A stretch of 64,000 nucleotides of DNA, from positions 206,522,001 to 206,586,000 of the forward strand of contig OX597814.1 of assembly GCA_951406725.2 (NCBI GenBank), given 5' to 3'. Positions 61,010 to 64,000 of this stretch are shown piece after piece. Under the pieces are notes generated by a model. The model ran no database searches and was not told the origin of the DNA. It saw only the letters and a program-made list of their open reading frames with translations. The position numbers and the translations under genes were made by a program. How positions within the stretch are numbered: the first letter of the stretch is position 1; each line of letters begins with the position of its first letter. Source of the stretch: Octopus vulgaris. Taxonomy: Eukaryota.

Positions 61010-62173
61010 TACTGTCTTTCAAAATAAGAAGTGATAAAAATTCAAAATTATAGAAATTTAAGTTTAAAGTATGAACGAGAACAAAAAGCTTCCACATGTT
61101 GATGGAATGACATCATCAGTCTTTAAGCATTTGTACTGACATAGGGGATTACTGGAAACATGCAAATGCTTTTGTACACCATTATGTCAACTGCAGTTAT
61201 AGTGAATCATCATGATTAAAGGAAATAGCAAATGAAATAGCTAAGCTTAGCAAAGATAGTCAAACCGTCATGCATAATTTTAGCAAACACAATACAATTG
61301 ATGACAGAATTCCTTTAGTGATTAACTGGCATCGAAATTTCACTGGCATTTCAAAAGTGTTGAAAGAAAGTTACCAACATGTGGCGCAAAAATATCCTCA
61401 TTTCAAACAGATATTTCTTCAGCTGCCTATTGTAACCTTTAGATAGGACAAAAATATAAGAGAATTATCGAGCTCTACTTCTGGCCCCCAAAAAACTAAC
61501 ATTGGAGTTTCTGCTGTACCTTGAAAAACAGCTGCAAGAGAGGTAAGCCCTGTTCATTGCGCAATAACATGAGTCAAGTCAGGAATCATAACAGAAATGT
61601 TATGATTTATACAGAAGATGGGACATGTAGAGATTACCATTTGGTGTTCATGGCAGAATGCACAAAACACAACTTGATTTATATTGGCTGCACAACAGAA
61701 CAATTAAACAAAAGATTTAATGGGCACAGATATGACATCAGGCACAACAACAGTAGTTCGACAGACCTTGCTGAACATTTTGCTTCAAATGGCTGCAATT
61801 TTGAAGAAGACTTGAAAGTGCATATTCTCAGAAAATATTCTGAATCTGCTTCACTTTCACTTCTCAAAATGCATGAGGAGAAATATGTTTGTGGGTTATT
61901 AACATCACGCCCTGGAGGAATGAATAAAATGACAGGAAAATTTCATCAAATTTATACAAAACTCTTTGATTAAATATTCTTTTTCCTTTCCTTTTTTCCT
62001 TACCTCTTTTTTTCTGTCTCTTTCTTTTTTGCCTGTTATAAAATTGAAGCCTGATGATGTCATTCCATCAACGTGTGGATGCTGGTTTCTCTCGTTCATA
62101 CTTCAAATTTAAATTTCTATAATTTTGAATTTTTATCACTTCTTATTTTCAACTCGACAAAGACAGCATTACT
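61005..62173 (+). mobile_element. Penelope-like element 3' part (GIY-YIG) with a 3' pLTR and an inverted 5' pLTR copy
   Basis: LVFMAECTKHNLIYIGCTTEQLNKRFNGHR...LAEHF...E.KY...L....PGGMN; 61005-61119 is the inverse of 62051-62173. Confidence 0.85.
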
Positions 62174-62701
62174 ATTAAAATATCATTCAACTAATAAAAT
62201 ATCTATTGCTATCGCATCGTGCTCTTTGTCTTGTCTTAATAATAATAATAATAATAATGATGGTGATAACAGTATTGCAATTTCTTGGCATACCCTCTGT
62301 ATGGTGGATGTATCAGAGTTTACCACTTGACCCTGACCCCCAATATAATCATCCAGTCCCCTCCACTTCATCAGTGTCAGCAGTACTCGGGTCACCTTAT
62401 GAACCCCCTGCTTTTTTCCTTAAACATATTTTTTTGTTCTTCCCCTCATTGCTCTCAGCATTGTTCATTTGTGTCTCCACCACCACCACCAGTGCAGCCA
62501 TGGTGGCAGGCCAGAAATTGGTCAATATCCATGAAGGACAGGCCATCAGGGACAAACCCAGCAACCTCACAGTGGATACTTTGTGAGATGAATGTTTTTC
62601 TTTGTATTTGATCACCCTGCAGGACAAAAACTGAAACCAGGCAAATGGTGGAGGGTCTCAGTTTGAATCAATGACCATCCAGACAGTATTTCTTTATTAT
62701 G

Positions 62702-62733
<32 letters not shown>

Positions 62734-63254
62734 CATTGCTGCTGAAGACAGCCTTGTTATTGTCATATCGTTGTACACTGTGCTACTGGTCCATGATAGT
62801 AGCAGTAATGATAATGTGTACCTGCCGAGACCAGAGAAGATAGAGAGGACCCCTTTGTTGGGTTAGGCCTACGACAACGGAAAGTAGGTCTCTTTTGCCT
62901 TAGAGATGGTTGCTTTTGGTTGTAACACCACATTCCTCTTTATGAGTGAAATGCCAAATAAAAATTATCATCACAACACTGAATCCCCAAGGAAAAGCCT
63001 TTTGCGGCCTGCTGTACATCCAGGTGGGCTTGGTCGTTTATTCGAATACTTCTGCAAAGTAGAGAAGAAGATGATCTCAGAATGACAAAAGGGCCATAAT
63101 GGAATGTTATGGCAGAAGTGAGTCTACCAAACTAGGATACAGGAAATAGAGACATGAAATATGCATAGAGAAACACATGTTCCCTCTCTCTGAATATTGT
63201 TCTGTGAAATCCTTTGTAAATTAAAGTCTCCGTCTAACTTATGCTAGCATGAAA

Positions 63255-63910
63255 AAGTGGGGGGATGGGTGGAAGCTGCAGTCTGGGATCAAGAAAAAAA
63301 AAGACCAAGATTAGAGTCATGGCATCTGGAATGTCATCTGCCAATCAAGTATTGTGGTCATGGAAGTTCTATGTTAGCAATATATAGAAATCTATTGTCG
63401 GCTAAGAGCAATGACATTCTCAGGAAAACATTAGGCGTTGACCAGTATGAAGCATCTGGTCTGCTTTGGAGGACATTCAGGCCAGGAATTAGCACAGGTA
63501 GTTTCCAGAAATTCTTGGTCTGGTTACCGAGGAGCAGCGCTGGCATAAACTCTATGGATGGGACTGGCTGAGATGCCCTCGTACAGTGTCCAAGCATTTC
63601 TGATCTGCAGAGTCATGTTGAACAGCTGTTGGCACATGTAGGAAGGATCTGGCTATGAGTTGAGTCTGTTTTGAGGATTACCCCATCACTGACCTTTAAC
63701 AAAGCAGGGCAGATGATGTTTCTCTCCCTAGAGAAAGGGCTTGTGTGGTGGACGAGGCTGAAAAAAATTAAGGAAAGACACCTTCCACTTAAGTTAAACC
63801 CAGATCCCTTTTTTTTTTAAAGTTCCATTTGGAAAAGAAATTGAGGGTGGAGAGGGAAGGTGGCTGACTGGTAAGAATGATTAGGGTGAATGAAGCTCCT
63901 TTAGGCATGC
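63255..63910 (+). mobile_element. Tx1/L1-clade ORF2 C-terminal fragment
   Basis: LWRTF..., ALVQCPSISDLQSHVEQLL and VWWTRLK parallel HTFVQGLSIADLLNYVEQLL of the element at 9.2 kb. Confidence 0.65.
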
Positions 63911-64000
63911 ACCTAGTGAGTGGAGGGCAACACCGGGGTGAGGACTCGTGCCCTTCATGGTCAGGGTGATCCTGGATCTGTGGGGTTCATTGACTGGTGC

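Overview
Eukaryotic, AT-rich, microsatellite- and transposon-dense genomic DNA. The SINE repertoire and repeat landscape suggest an octopus (coleoid cephalopod); this is inferred, not searched. Most predicted ORFs are spurious or decayed TE pieces: Gypsy, Tx1/L1, CR1, RTE, R4/Dong, R2-like, Penelope, hAT, Merlin and many Helitrons. The only convincing host coding sequence is a 198-bp exon (52988-53185, +) encoding a PARP14/PARP10-type N-terminal RRM. Main highlights: (1) a Helitron derivative whose N-terminal 23-aa STPR-like DNA-binding repeat has expanded into a ~4.6-kb array of about 65 69-bp units with a two-state (E/Q) variable residue; (2) a triplicated promoter/first-exon-like module with a GTAAGT donor, CCAAT, GAS (STAT) and IRF/ISRE-like motifs, one copy pointing at the PARP14-like exon and two pointing the other way, one with its GAS unit tandemly triplicated; (3) a Merlin transposase plus TIR-sharing MITEs that carry telomere-like TTAGGG cores; (4) an R2-like element outside rDNA with a duplicated segment, near a 28S rRNA fragment abutting a truncated CR1. 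All identifications come from manual translation and motif recognition; coordinates of decayed elements are approximate.
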